A DNA stretch of 64,000 bases from Thermodesulfobacteriota bacterium (GCA_040755455.1 JBFMAY010000004.1:1-64000); one strand, 5' to 3'; numbered from the stretch's first letter, positions 42,879-52,630 are shown. A program made the numbers and translations. Notes: generated by a model from the letters alone, not told the origin.

Positions 42879-45622
42879 AAGCTATGCGTCGGCGATTCCC
42901 CTTCACATCCATGTTTTTTCTTGCCGCTACCCTTTTCCTTTTGCCTGATTCAGAGGTACAGGCGGCCGGTAATCTGACCCAGAATTCATCCCGTGAATGC
43001 GCCATCTGCCACTTCCGGTGGATTGACCAGTTCGTCGAAGGGCATGGTACAGCCCTGGCGGATTATGAAAAAGAGGACGTCGCCGGTCATGAAATGATAT
43101 GTTTTAGCTGCCACGACGGATCAACTGATGACTCGCGGATGAAGGTATGGATCCTGGACAGACACAAAACAGATATTCAACCTTCCGACAAGGTGCAAAT
43201 CCCGAAGCTCTTTCCCCTTTCCCAGGATGGGAAAGTTGTCTGCGCCACCTGCCACTCCGCCCATTCCGTTCCCACGGATACCAGTATCGAACGCACCATC
43301 TTTCTGCGTATTTCCAATAAAGATTCCATTATGTGTGAGATGTGCCATCCAGACCAGGCGGTCAAGGATCATAACCATCCCACCCACAGCGGCAAAAGAG
43401 CCCTTCCCAAAGAGATATATACCGCTGGCGCTGTTCCATCCAGTACGGACACCAACTTCGTCATATGCGAAAGCTGCCACACCGCCCATGGCAGTGTGGA
43501 GAGAAATCTCCTTTTCGAGGTAAAGGCTGATTCAACCCTCTGCACGATCTGTCATCCCGACAAAATTGATGCTGCTAATGCTCCATTGGATAAGCAGGTT
43601 AATCATCCGTTGCTGGTCGACTTCAAGCCCAATCCCAATGTTGGCGTCAAACTGCAGGTCGGGACGAAAAACACCCTCCAGTGCCTTTCTTGCCACAAGC
43701 TGCATCAGCATGAAAAGGGAACAAAATCTCTGGTGCAGAACAGGGAATCGCTGTGTCAGTTATGCCATGCCGACAAGGCTGACAGATCTTCCATTGCCGA
43801 CTGGCAGAAAAGCAACCATCCGCTGTATGTAAAATACAAGCTCAATCCGGCAAGCACGGTGAAGCTTGACGGAGGTGCGGAAAACACCGTTTACTGTTTC
43901 ACCTGTCACAAGGTTCATCAACATGAACCAGGCACCAAGGCCCTGGCAGCCAAGAGAGACCCTCTCTGCTCAACCTGCCATAATGCTCAGTACTTGGTTG
44001 ACGATACGGATCACGATCTCAGCATTACGGCAAAAGACGAGATCAATGCCATCGAGCAGACTATAGCGCAGGCAGGGGTCTGTTCCGCCTGTCATGTGCC
44101 GCATAAGGCAACCGGACCGTATCTCTGGGCACGTAAAGTAAAAGATCCATCCGCCCTGTCTTCGCCGTCCAAACTGTGCCTCAGCTGCCACGCGGACAAT
44201 GCTATTGCCGCCAAAAAGACGGTGGGCAGATTCACCCACCCGGTGAACATTCCGATGAAAGAAGCGGAACAATTAAAAGACCCGGCAACGCTGCCTCTTT
44301 ATAAAAAGGAAGACGGCAGCGCCGTCATGGAGTGTCATACCTGTCACGACCCGCACCGCTGGGACTCACAGACTGCCCAGAAAGGCAAGGGTATTAATGA
44401 TGAAGGAACTGCCTTCACCAGTTTCCTTAGGAAACGTTCAGGGACCGACAGAGCTCTCTGTGCCTCGTGTCATGCCGATCAGTATCTGGTGGAAGGCACG
44501 GATCACGATCTAGCGGTGACTGCCCCAAAGGAAAACAATATCACCAAACAGAATGCCGGCCAATCAGGCGTCTGTTCCCCCTGCCACGTGCCGCATCAGG
44601 CCAGCGGCCCCTATCTCTGGGCGCGGAAATTCGACAAAAAACCTACCTCCCCTTCCTCTCTCTGTCTGGACTGCCACGACAAGAAGAAACCAGCTGAGAA
44701 AAAGACCGTGGGACAAAACTCCCATCCGGTGAACATTCAGGTGGAAAACGCTTTATCGGTGTCACTGCCGCTGCGTAAATTATCCGACGGCACATCAGTC
44801 ATGGAATGCCATAGCTGCCACGACCCGCACCGATGGAATTCCCAGCTGAGCAAGAAGGGACAAGGCGCCAACGTGGAGGGTGATGCTGACAGCAGCTTCC
44901 TCAGAAGCTCCAACCTGGAAGAACCATCACTGTGCGCCAAATGCCACCTCCGCAAAAGCTTTGTGGCCGGAACTGATCATGACATGCGGGTGGTGGCCCC
45001 CACTTCACTGAACAAGAGCGGCAAGATGGCCAAGGAGGAGTCGGTCTGCACCCCCTGTCATGCCGTACATAATGCTCCCGAGAAAACTCTGCTGTGGAAT
45101 TACACCTTGGCGGAAACCGGCCAGGACTTCATTGAGAAGGCCTGTAACGGATGTCACGCCAAGACCGGTGCGGGAAAAGACAAGGTCATTGCTTCAGGTA
45201 TCCATCCGAAACAGTTTTATTTCGGCTACCATAAATCATACAGGAATATTCTCCTCTCCATCGGACCGACGCCTGATCCAATACCCTTATATGCCCAGGA
45301 CGGCAAAAAGGCGGTTTCAGGAGAGATTACATGTTCAACCTGTCATGATCCGCATATCTGGTTCGCCACCGAGGAGACTGTCGGTGCAGGCAAAAATATT
45401 GAAGGTACCGTGGTAAACAGTTTTCTCCGCAAGGGGGCGAGAAATGAATTGTGTTATGCGTGCCATGGCATAAAAACCCTGTTACTCTACAGATTCTACC
45501 ATGACGCCAATGAGAAAAAGGGTATTTTAGGGATTTCGATGCCCACTGCCGACGAAATTGAACAGTCTAATGCGCCAAGACAACCGGCCGGTGAGTTCAA
45601 CGAGAACAACGGGGAAAAATAA
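42875..45622 (+). CDS. 22-heme c-type cytochrome with internal tandem repeats
   Basis: Signal peptide; 22 CxxCH motifs counted; doubled-CxxCH modules; three ~160-aa tetraheme repeats. Confidence 0.93.
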   Translation: MKAMRRRFPFTSMFFLAATLFLLPDSEVQAAGNLTQNSSRECAICHFRWIDQFVEGHGTALADYEKEDVAGHEMICFSCHDGSTDDSRMKVWILDRHKTDIQPSDKVQIPKLFPLSQDGKVVCATCHSAHSVPTDTSIERTIFLRISNKDSIMCEMCHPDQAVKDHNHPTHSGKRALPKEIYTAGAVPSSTDTNFVICESCHTAHGSVERNLLFEVKADSTLCTICHPDKIDAANAPLDKQVNHPLLVDFKPNPNVGVKLQVGTKNTLQCLSCHKLHQHEKGTKSLVQNRESLCQLCHADKADRSSIADWQKSNHPLYVKYKLNPASTVKLDGGAENTVYCFTCHKVHQHEPGTKALAAKRDPLCSTCHNAQYLVDDTDHDLSITAKDEINAIEQTIAQAGVCSACHVPHKATGPYLWARKVKDPSALSSPSKLCLSCHADNAIAAKKTVGRFTHPVNIPMKEAEQLKDPATLPLYKKEDGSAVMECHTCHDPHRWDSQTAQKGKGINDEGTAFTSFLRKRSGTDRALCASCHADQYLVEGTDHDLAVTAPKENNITKQNAGQSGVCSPCHVPHQASGPYLWARKFDKKPTSPSSLCLDCHDKKKPAEKKTVGQNSHPVNIQVENALSVSLPLRKLSDGTSVMECHSCHDPHRWNSQLSKKGQGANVEGDADSSFLRSSNLEEPSLCAKCHLRKSFVAGTDHDMRVVAPTSLNKSGKMAKEESVCTPCHAVHNAPEKTLLWNYTLAETGQDFIEKACNGCHAKTGAGKDKVIASGIHPKQFYFGYHKSYRNILLSIGPTPDPIPLYAQDGKKAVSGEITCSTCHDPHIWFATEETVGAGKNIEGTVVNSFLRKGARNELCYACHGIKTLLLYRFYHDANEKKGILGISMPTADEIEQSNAPRQPAGEFNENNGEK

Positions 45623-45623
45623 A

Positions 45624-47240
45624 ATGAGCCGTTACTGCATAGTTTTATTCCTTTTTCTGGCAGCAACCCTCATCTCTTGTCTTTCACCGGCAATTTCCGC
45701 TGATTCGGATTCCGCCTCATCCGGCAGCGAGTTGAGCAAGGCAGATAACGGACCGGAGATCCCCTCCCCTCCCATCGAAACGATCGGCAACCCGCATGAC
45801 ATGGCCTGCAACAAATGCCATATTCTGGCTCAAGACGGCAAAACGGCGGAAGGCCTCATTTCCGGGCTAGACAGCATCAGCCTCTGTCTGGGTTGTCATC
45901 CCGACGTAAATCTTCACCCGCTGGGAATTGCACCGATTAACCAGTTCGCCGGACTGGATAAATTCACCCTGCCGTTGGGCAATGGCATCTACCAGGGAAA
46001 GATCGTCTGCCTCACCTGTCATTACATCCACCAGGATGAGTTTACTCCCTATCTCCTCAGGGGCGATAACTCCTCACACCAGACAATCCGCCGCAGTTTG
46101 TGCTCCAACTGCCACAAGGAACATTTCACCGGTATTTCCCCGCATACCTCTGGGGCCACCACCTGCATTTTCTGTCATATCGCCACCCCTGAGAAAAGAA
46201 AGAAAAAGGGTAAAATGGCCAAGGACGAAGTTGATGCCATATGCGTTTTCTGCCATTGGTCGCTCAGAAAAAACCATTACAAGGATCTCGACCCTTTGCC
46301 GGATCCTTTTGTCCAGCAATTGATAAACCCAACAAGCAACCTGCAGCAGGGCCAGATGTACTGTTTAAGCTGCCACAGCCATCACGGCAAGGCCGAGGAA
46401 ACCCACCTGATCACCAAGGAATACCTGCAGCTCGCAGCACTTTCCAGAAACATCAATCCGCACTGGAAAAATCTCATGTGCATATCCTGTCACAAAGGTA
46501 CGCCGGCCAAAGGCAATCCTAGTCTCATCGGCAGTGGCGACTTAAACGAGCTCTGCAACCGCTGCCATAAGTCAGAGTTCGCCAGGGCTGATATTCATCC
46601 GGTGGGCGTCATTCCGTCTAAAGTGGTCAAGATACCTTCCGACATGCCTCTGCAGAATGGCAAACTCACCTGCGAGACATGCCACCAGTCATCACTGCAG
46701 GAAAGCGCTCTGCATATTGATTCTGTGGGCAAGGAAAATCCCAACTTTCTGCGCAGAAGCGGACTGTCGCGCAATGAATTCTGTTTTCTCTGCCATCAGC
46801 AGGAGACATATCGCCGGTTGAATCCGCACCTGCAGATGGATGAGCATGGCCATATCAAGAAGGAAACTTGTCTTTTATGTCACGCATCTTTGCCGGACAT
46901 CTATCTTTTCGGCCCGAAGAATGTTATATTTATTGTTGATGACCCCAATGAATACTGTATCGGATGCCATCCCGGCTTCAGTGAAAATCATCCGGCTGGA
47001 GGTCGCCATCTGGTGAAACCTTCGGAAAAGATCATGAAATCCCTTGAAACTTCCGTGCAAAGGATCGGGGTGGAGTTGCCCCTGTATAAAGGCAAGATAG
47101 TCTGCTCAACCTGCCACAATCCCCACGATCTGGGGGTTATCAAATACCCTGCCTCGGCCGAAGGTTCTCAACGCAAAAACAAATTAAGGTTAAAGCCCGG
47201 TATAACCCAGTGTACCGGCTGCCATTGGGATAAAGAATGA
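45624..47240 (+). CDS. 15-heme c-type cytochrome (possible lipoprotein)
   Basis: ATG 1 nt after the previous stop; signal peptide with LISC lipobox-like motif; 15 CxxCH motifs counted. Confidence 0.92.
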   Translation: MSRYCIVLFLFLAATLISCLSPAISADSDSASSGSELSKADNGPEIPSPPIETIGNPHDMACNKCHILAQDGKTAEGLISGLDSISLCLGCHPDVNLHPLGIAPINQFAGLDKFTLPLGNGIYQGKIVCLTCHYIHQDEFTPYLLRGDNSSHQTIRRSLCSNCHKEHFTGISPHTSGATTCIFCHIATPEKRKKKGKMAKDEVDAICVFCHWSLRKNHYKDLDPLPDPFVQQLINPTSNLQQGQMYCLSCHSHHGKAEETHLITKEYLQLAALSRNINPHWKNLMCISCHKGTPAKGNPSLIGSGDLNELCNRCHKSEFARADIHPVGVIPSKVVKIPSDMPLQNGKLTCETCHQSSLQESALHIDSVGKENPNFLRRSGLSRNEFCFLCHQQETYRRLNPHLQMDEHGHIKKETCLLCHASLPDIYLFGPKNVIFIVDDPNEYCIGCHPGFSENHPAGGRHLVKPSEKIMKSLETSVQRIGVELPLYKGKIVCSTCHNPHDLGVIKYPASAEGSQRKNKLRLKPGITQCTGCHWDKE

Positions 47241-47246
47241 GATTGC

Positions 47247-47759
47247 ATGGAGAACGGCATGAACTCCGCCTCCTCTGTTAATCTGCATAAAACGATATTA
47301 CTCCTGCTGATCATTTATTGTATGTTCTCCATGGTGACCGTGTCGCCATGCCCTGCCGCAGAAATTCCTGTATATCCCGTTTATGCGGGTTCCCTCGCCT
47401 GCAAGCCCTGCCATGAGAAGGAATATTTCAGTTTCACCAACTATGCAAAAAAAAGCAATTCCTACAAGAGCATTGAAAGGCTGCAAAAAGGCCTGAACGA
47501 TCAAGACCTGAAAAAATGTTATTCCTGTCACACCACAGGCTATGGGAAACCAGGCGGTTTTATCAGTATTGAAAAAACGCCTCATCTGAAAGATGCCGGC
47601 TGCGAGGTTTGCCACGGCCCGGGATCAATCCATATAGCGGACAAAAAACCGGAATCGATTATTACCCAGCCGACCATCCAGGTTTGCGATCAATGCCACA
47701 CCAGCGAGATGATACAGGCCTTCAAATTCAGGCCCCTTATCCATGGCGGAGGCCACTGA
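47247..47759 (+). CDS. Tetraheme cytochrome c (c554-family-like)
   Basis: YAGSLACKPCH, CYSCHTTGYGKPGGF, GCEVCHGPGS.H, CDQCH. Confidence 0.9.
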   Translation: MENGMNSASSVNLHKTILLLLIIYCMFSMVTVSPCPAAEIPVYPVYAGSLACKPCHEKEYFSFTNYAKKSNSYKSIERLQKGLNDQDLKKCYSCHTTGYGKPGGFISIEKTPHLKDAGCEVCHGPGSIHIADKKPESIITQPTIQVCDQCHTSEMIQAFKFRPLIHGGGH

Positions 47760-47760
47760 T

Positions 47761-50700
47761 ATGATCATCCTGAATGGATTTATCAAAAAACTCCTCCACC
47801 TGGAAACCCTGCTTACCATCGGTGTAACCATCGTCATGGCTGGAGTCATCTATTTCAGTATCACCAATCAAAGAGAACACATCAGAGAAAGGATGACCAG
47901 TTATGGCCAGGACATGAAATTATTGGCCTATGCGGGCATCAAACATCCGATGTCGGTTGGGGACAGCCCCTCTATCGAGACCCAGCTTCTTGATATCGGA
48001 GGGGAACTGGAGCACACGGAAATCGTCATATGCGATTTTAACCAGCGCATCGTTTTTGCCACCAATAAAGACCGCATCGGAACCGATGTTTCGACCTTCA
48101 CCGGCAACAGGGCGACCCTGGCTGCCCTGCAAAACCTGCTGGAAACCGCCCTCCCGCCCCGTATAAGCTATTTTGAAGAGGAGAAGGATGGCGCCAACTA
48201 CCTGGTTACCATCCACAGCATTTATAATGATAAGGAATGCCAACACTGCCACGGAGACACACGCAAGGTGCTGGGCGGGCTGCTAACCAGGCAATCCACC
48301 GATGCCACCTATCTTGCCATCGCAACCCTGCGAAATCATACCATTATCATCAGCATTATCGGCATCGGCCTCTTGATTACCATCATCTATTTTCTGCTGG
48401 CCAGACTGGTGACCAGACCGATAACCGAGCTGGCCGCAAAGGCTGAGGAACTGGCCAAGGGGAATCTGTCCGTTTCTGTTCCCATTAAATCGGCGGATTC
48501 CATTGGTATCCTTGCCGGCAGCTTCAACAGCATGGTGCGAAGCATCAAAGACAAGATTGAATATGCCAACAGCCTCAAAGAGGCAATTGCCGATCCACTA
48601 ATCATTGTCGACACCAACATTGCTGTGACCTTTATTAACGGCGCATGCGCCAGATTAACCGGATTCAGCAAACAGGAATCAGAGGGGCAATTAACCTGCC
48701 GGCAGATATTCAAAAGCGATTTCTGTCAGGATGATATCTGCGACACCACCTGCCCCATCAAAAAATGCCTCGTCACAGGTGAACCGGTTGAAGACATCAG
48801 AATAATCATCGCTAACAAAGAAGGCTCCCTTATCCCTGTCATGGCCAGCGCCAGCGCCCTGAAAGATGCCCATGGCAATATTACGGGAGCGGTACAGATC
48901 TTCAGGGACATCAGTGATGTTCTCGAGGCTGAACGACTGCGTTATATCCAGAGTATCTCGGAAAGAGATGAAGAGCAGCGGAAATATCTTGAGAGCAGGG
49001 CCAAGAATCTGCTCGCCATCCTGAAACAGGCATCAGAAGGCAATCTGAAAGTGCGGGCCGAGTTTCTTGACAGCAATGAGGTAATGGACAAAATTGCTTA
49101 CCACACCAACCAGATGTTAGATAATCTGGAAAAAATGTACGAAAAGATTTCCACCTTGAGCAAGGGACTGGAACTGGAGGTGGCGCACCGGACCGTCATG
49201 TTGCGGGAAAGGACACTTATGCTGGAGCGGGCCATCAGGGATCTGCGGGAACTCGACAGGCTTAAATCCGCCTTCCTGGCCAACATGTCCCATGAACTCA
49301 GAACACCGATGAATTCCATCATAGGCTATACCCAGCTTCTGCTTGACCGGGTTGACGGTGAAATAAATGATGAACAGGAAAAAAGCCTGATCAAGGTCGA
49401 GAATAACGCCAAGCATCTTCTGCAGTTAATCAATGATATCCTTGATATGTCAAAAATCGAATCAGGTAAAATAGAACTCGATATTCAAGAGACTGATTTC
49501 GCCAGCATGAGAGATATCATCAGCACTTTTTTTCAGCCAGTGCTGGATGCCAAGGGTCTTTACCTGCATTTTGATTTCGCCGACGATCTCCCTGCCGTCT
49601 TCATAGATAAAGATAAAGTAAAACAAATATTTACCAATCTGGTGGGCAATGCGGTCAAATTCACCGACCATGGCGGCATCACCATCCACGCCAAACCATC
49701 GAATCTGGGCATTGCCCCTGGTGAAGCCCCGCTGTTTATCGAGATATGTGTGGAAGACACCGGCATCGGCATAAAAAAGGATGATATGGCCAAACTTTTT
49801 GACAAATTTACCCAGATAAATGTTTCCGCCAGTCGTCCCTATGAAGGCACCGGACTAGGTCTCAGCATTGCAAGAGGTCTGGTGGTGCTACATAAAGGGG
49901 TTATCTGGGTTGAGAGTGATTTTGGCAAAGGAAGTAGGTTCTGCTTTACCCTGCCGGCGCAAAAGAAGGTTATGGAAAAAACCACAGAACCTATCATAGA
50001 GCTGGCCATGGCGGAAAAACTGGCTGAATATTTTGACAAACCCATTGAGCTCTTTCTTAAGGAGCCCTATTATCTCGGCAAGCTCGTCAAGTGCTGGGAA
50101 TATGCCCATTGCGGTCAGACAAGCTGCCCGGCCTACGGCAACACGGAAAGGCGCTGCTGGCTGATCTGCGGAGTTCATTGCAAAGGTGTCGAGGTGGCCA
50201 AATGTCCCGAAAAGGTTGAGTACTGCAAAACATGTGAAATTATTGAAAATCTCGTGGTCGGAGAATTCGCCCCGCACAAAATGATAGCTGATGGTTCAGA
50301 GGTCAGCACGGCGGACAGAGGTATAAAAAAGACTATCCTTGTTATTGACGATAACCCGGACGTCATTGAACTGATCAGAAAAAATATCGGGGAAGACTAT
50401 AACGTCATAGGGCATTATACCGGTGAAGGGGCTGTGGACAAGGCAAAGGAGATCAGACCCGCGGCGATTACCCTGGATATCATGATGCCAGGGAAAGACG
50501 GGTGGGAGGTCCTGCAGGAATTAAAACAGGATCCTGCTGTTCAGGATATTCCGGTTATCATCCTGTCAATTGTTGATGAAAAGAAAATCGGATTTTCTCT
50601 GGGTGCGACCGAATATATGGTCAAACCGATTGACAAAAAAATGCTGCTGCATAAATTGAAAAATCTGGAGAAACTGACAAGCATAAAGAATATTCTGATC

Positions 50701-51057
50701 GTTGACAATGAGCCTGGCACATTGCATATCTTGGGCCGCGTTCTTAATGAGGTTGGTTATAAGATCACAAAGGCATCCAATAACACGGGGGCAATACAGG
50801 CAATTCACGAGAGCAAACCTGACCTGATCGTCCTCAACCTGATGATTATGCCTGATGACAACGGCTCAGACGTCATTGATTATATCAAGACAGATGAATC
50901 GGCAAGAAACATTCCCCTTATTCTCATTACAGACAGTGACTTGAGCGAGGAAGACATCAAAGAGCTTGACGGGCGAATCAGGGCCACCTTCAACAAAGCC
51001 GTGCTTGCCGAAGATGACTTGTTGGAAACTCTGAAAAATACTATTAAGAAGATGTAG
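47761..51057 (+). CDS. Hybrid sensor histidine kinase: periplasmic heme-c motif, HAMP, PAS, HisKA, HATPase, Cys-rich insert, two receiver domains
   Basis: CQHCH between two TM helices; FLANMSHELRTPMN; NLVGNAVKFT; GTGLGL; CWE...CPAY...RCW block; LDIMMP; second receiver has LNLMIMP. Confidence 0.93.
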   Translation: MIILNGFIKKLLHLETLLTIGVTIVMAGVIYFSITNQREHIRERMTSYGQDMKLLAYAGIKHPMSVGDSPSIETQLLDIGGELEHTEIVICDFNQRIVFATNKDRIGTDVSTFTGNRATLAALQNLLETALPPRISYFEEEKDGANYLVTIHSIYNDKECQHCHGDTRKVLGGLLTRQSTDATYLAIATLRNHTIIISIIGIGLLITIIYFLLARLVTRPITELAAKAEELAKGNLSVSVPIKSADSIGILAGSFNSMVRSIKDKIEYANSLKEAIADPLIIVDTNIAVTFINGACARLTGFSKQESEGQLTCRQIFKSDFCQDDICDTTCPIKKCLVTGEPVEDIRIIIANKEGSLIPVMASASALKDAHGNITGAVQIFRDISDVLEAERLRYIQSISERDEEQRKYLESRAKNLLAILKQASEGNLKVRAEFLDSNEVMDKIAYHTNQMLDNLEKMYEKISTLSKGLELEVAHRTVMLRERTLMLERAIRDLRELDRLKSAFLANMSHELRTPMNSIIGYTQLLLDRVDGEINDEQEKSLIKVENNAKHLLQLINDILDMSKIESGKIELDIQETDFASMRDIISTFFQPVLDAKGLYLHFDFADDLPAVFIDKDKVKQIFTNLVGNAVKFTDHGGITIHAKPSNLGIAPGEAPLFIEICVEDTGIGIKKDDMAKLFDKFTQINVSASRPYEGTGLGLSIARGLVVLHKGVIWVESDFGKGSRFCFTLPAQKKVMEKTTEPIIELAMAEKLAEYFDKPIELFLKEPYYLGKLVKCWEYAHCGQTSCPAYGNTERRCWLICGVHCKGVEVAKCPEKVEYCKTCEIIENLVVGEFAPHKMIADGSEVSTADRGIKKTILVIDDNPDVIELIRKNIGEDYNVIGHYTGEGAVDKAKEIRPAAITLDIMMPGKDGWEVLQELKQDPAVQDIPVIILSIVDEKKIGFSLGATEYMVKPIDKKMLLHKLKNLEKLTSIKNILIVDNEPGTLHILGRVLNEVGYKITKASNNTGAIQAIHESKPDLIVLNLMIMPDDNGSDVIDYIKTDESARNIPLILITDSDLSEEDIKELDGRIRATFNKAVLAEDDLLETLKNTIKKM

Positions 51058-51132
51058 ACCATGAGCGAAGTGAGCACACTCCTTCACCCAGGGGACATAT
51101 CATGATAACCTGTGCAGTTTCTGAGGCAAGAC

Positions 51133-51525
51133 ATGCAAGCAGATCAACCGGATAGTAAAGAGAAGAAAAAGATACTGGTAGTTGATGACAACCAGGACAG
51201 CCGTGAACTGGTGATGAAAATCCTCGGCAAGAAAAACTACCATCTGCTTGAGGCGTATGACGGGGAAGATGCACTTAATAAAATTATGGCCGAAAAACCG
51301 GATCTGGTCCTGATGGATATCTCCATGCCGAAAATTGACGGATACGAGGTGACACGGAGGTTGAAAGCCATGAAGGATTTCCACGACATTACGATTATCG
51401 CCCTGACGGCCCATGCCATGAAAGGTGATTGTGAAAAGGCATTGGCGGCTGGTTGTAAAGGTTATATCACCAAACCGATCAACATCAGGGAATTCAGCGA
51501 ACAGATCAAACAATATCTCCGGTAA
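51133..51525 (+). CDS. Single-domain response regulator (DivK/CheY-like)
   Basis: ILVVDDN, LMDISMP, LTAHAM, ITKP. Confidence 0.92.
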   Translation: MQADQPDSKEKKKILVVDDNQDSRELVMKILGKKNYHLLEAYDGEDALNKIMAEKPDLVLMDISMPKIDGYEVTRRLKAMKDFHDITIIALTAHAMKGDCEKALAAGCKGYITKPINIREFSEQIKQYLR

Positions 51526-51544
51526 GTCTTTTTTTTATTTGTCC

Positions 51545-52630
51545 ATGACCAATACGACTAAAATCTTAATCATTGACGACAACATTGATACCGTCGAGCT
51601 CCTACGGAAAAGATTCCGAATTGAAGGATATGAAACGGATGAGGCCTATGACGGAGAAGAGGGATTGAAAAAGGTCTACGATTATGTACCGGATCTGATC
51701 GTCCTTGATGTCATGATGCCCAAAATAGACGGTTATGAGGTGTGCAAGAGAATCAAGCAGGATGAATCACTCAAGCAGATCCCCATTCTGATGCTCAGCG
51801 CCAAAAGCCAGGTGCCTGACAAGGTGAGAGGCCTGGATATCGGGGCGGATGATTATCTCACCAAACCATTCGATTTCAAGGAGGTTATGGCCCGGGTCAG
51901 AACCCTGCTGTCCCAGAAGATCGAAAGCAAGAAGCTGGCGGAAAAGGAAAAATTTGACGCGCTTGATCATTTTGTCGATGAAGTTTCCCACGAGGTGAGA
52001 AATCCACTGGTTGCCATCGGCGGTTTCGGCCGACGGCTCAGAGATAATCTGCCGGAAGGCAGCCAGAATCGCAAATATATCGACATCATTCTCAAAAATG
52101 TTGAGGTGCTGGAAAGGATGGTGCACGAGCTTATTGCCCTGAAAGGCGCTACGCTCTGCTACACCGAACCATCCGATCTCAATGAGATAACGATGAATGC
52201 CTTGAGCGTTTACAAGCATGAGATTGAAAAAAAGAATATCACCCTGATCATGCATTTCATGGAAAATCCCCCCATGATCCATGCGGACCAGGAAAATATC
52301 ACCATGGCCATCTCCAATCTGATAGAAAATTCGATTGAAGCCATGGTGGGTGAGAAACGGGAGCTCAAAATCTCCACCAGTGTCACTGAGGGTTGTTTTG
52401 AAATCCAGGTTGCTGATACCGGCAAAGGTATTGCCAAAGATAAGCTGAAAAATATCTATGATCCCTTTTTTACTACCAAAACCTATGGCCCCGGCTTTGG
52501 GCTCACCTTTGCACTGAAAACGATCCAAAGCCACAAGGGGATGATTACCGTTGAAAGTAAGGTAAACGAAGGGACCACCTTCACCGTCAGGCTTCCCATT
52601 AAAGCCATCTCCGGGCAGAAAACGTCCTGA
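51545..52630 (+). CDS. REC-HisKA-HATPase hybrid kinase
   Basis: LDVMMP, LTKPF, VSHEVRNPL, NLIENS, DTGKG, PFFTTK. Confidence 0.92.
   Translation: MTNTTKILIIDDNIDTVELLRKRFRIEGYETDEAYDGEEGLKKVYDYVPDLIVLDVMMPKIDGYEVCKRIKQDESLKQIPILMLSAKSQVPDKVRGLDIGADDYLTKPFDFKEVMARVRTLLSQKIESKKLAEKEKFDALDHFVDEVSHEVRNPLVAIGGFGRRLRDNLPEGSQNRKYIDIILKNVEVLERMVHELIALKGATLCYTEPSDLNEITMNALSVYKHEIEKKNITLIMHFMENPPMIHADQENITMAISNLIENSIEAMVGEKRELKISTSVTEGCFEIQVADTGKGIAKDKLKNIYDPFFTTKTYGPGFGLTFALKTIQSHKGMITVESKVNEGTTFTVRLPIKAISGQKTS

Noticed and set aside
39008..47759. Porin-cytochrome (MtrCAB/ExtABCD) conduit, or a nitrite/hydroxylamine enzyme
   Set aside because: No beta-barrel gene is present and I saw no CxxCK catalytic heme motif.
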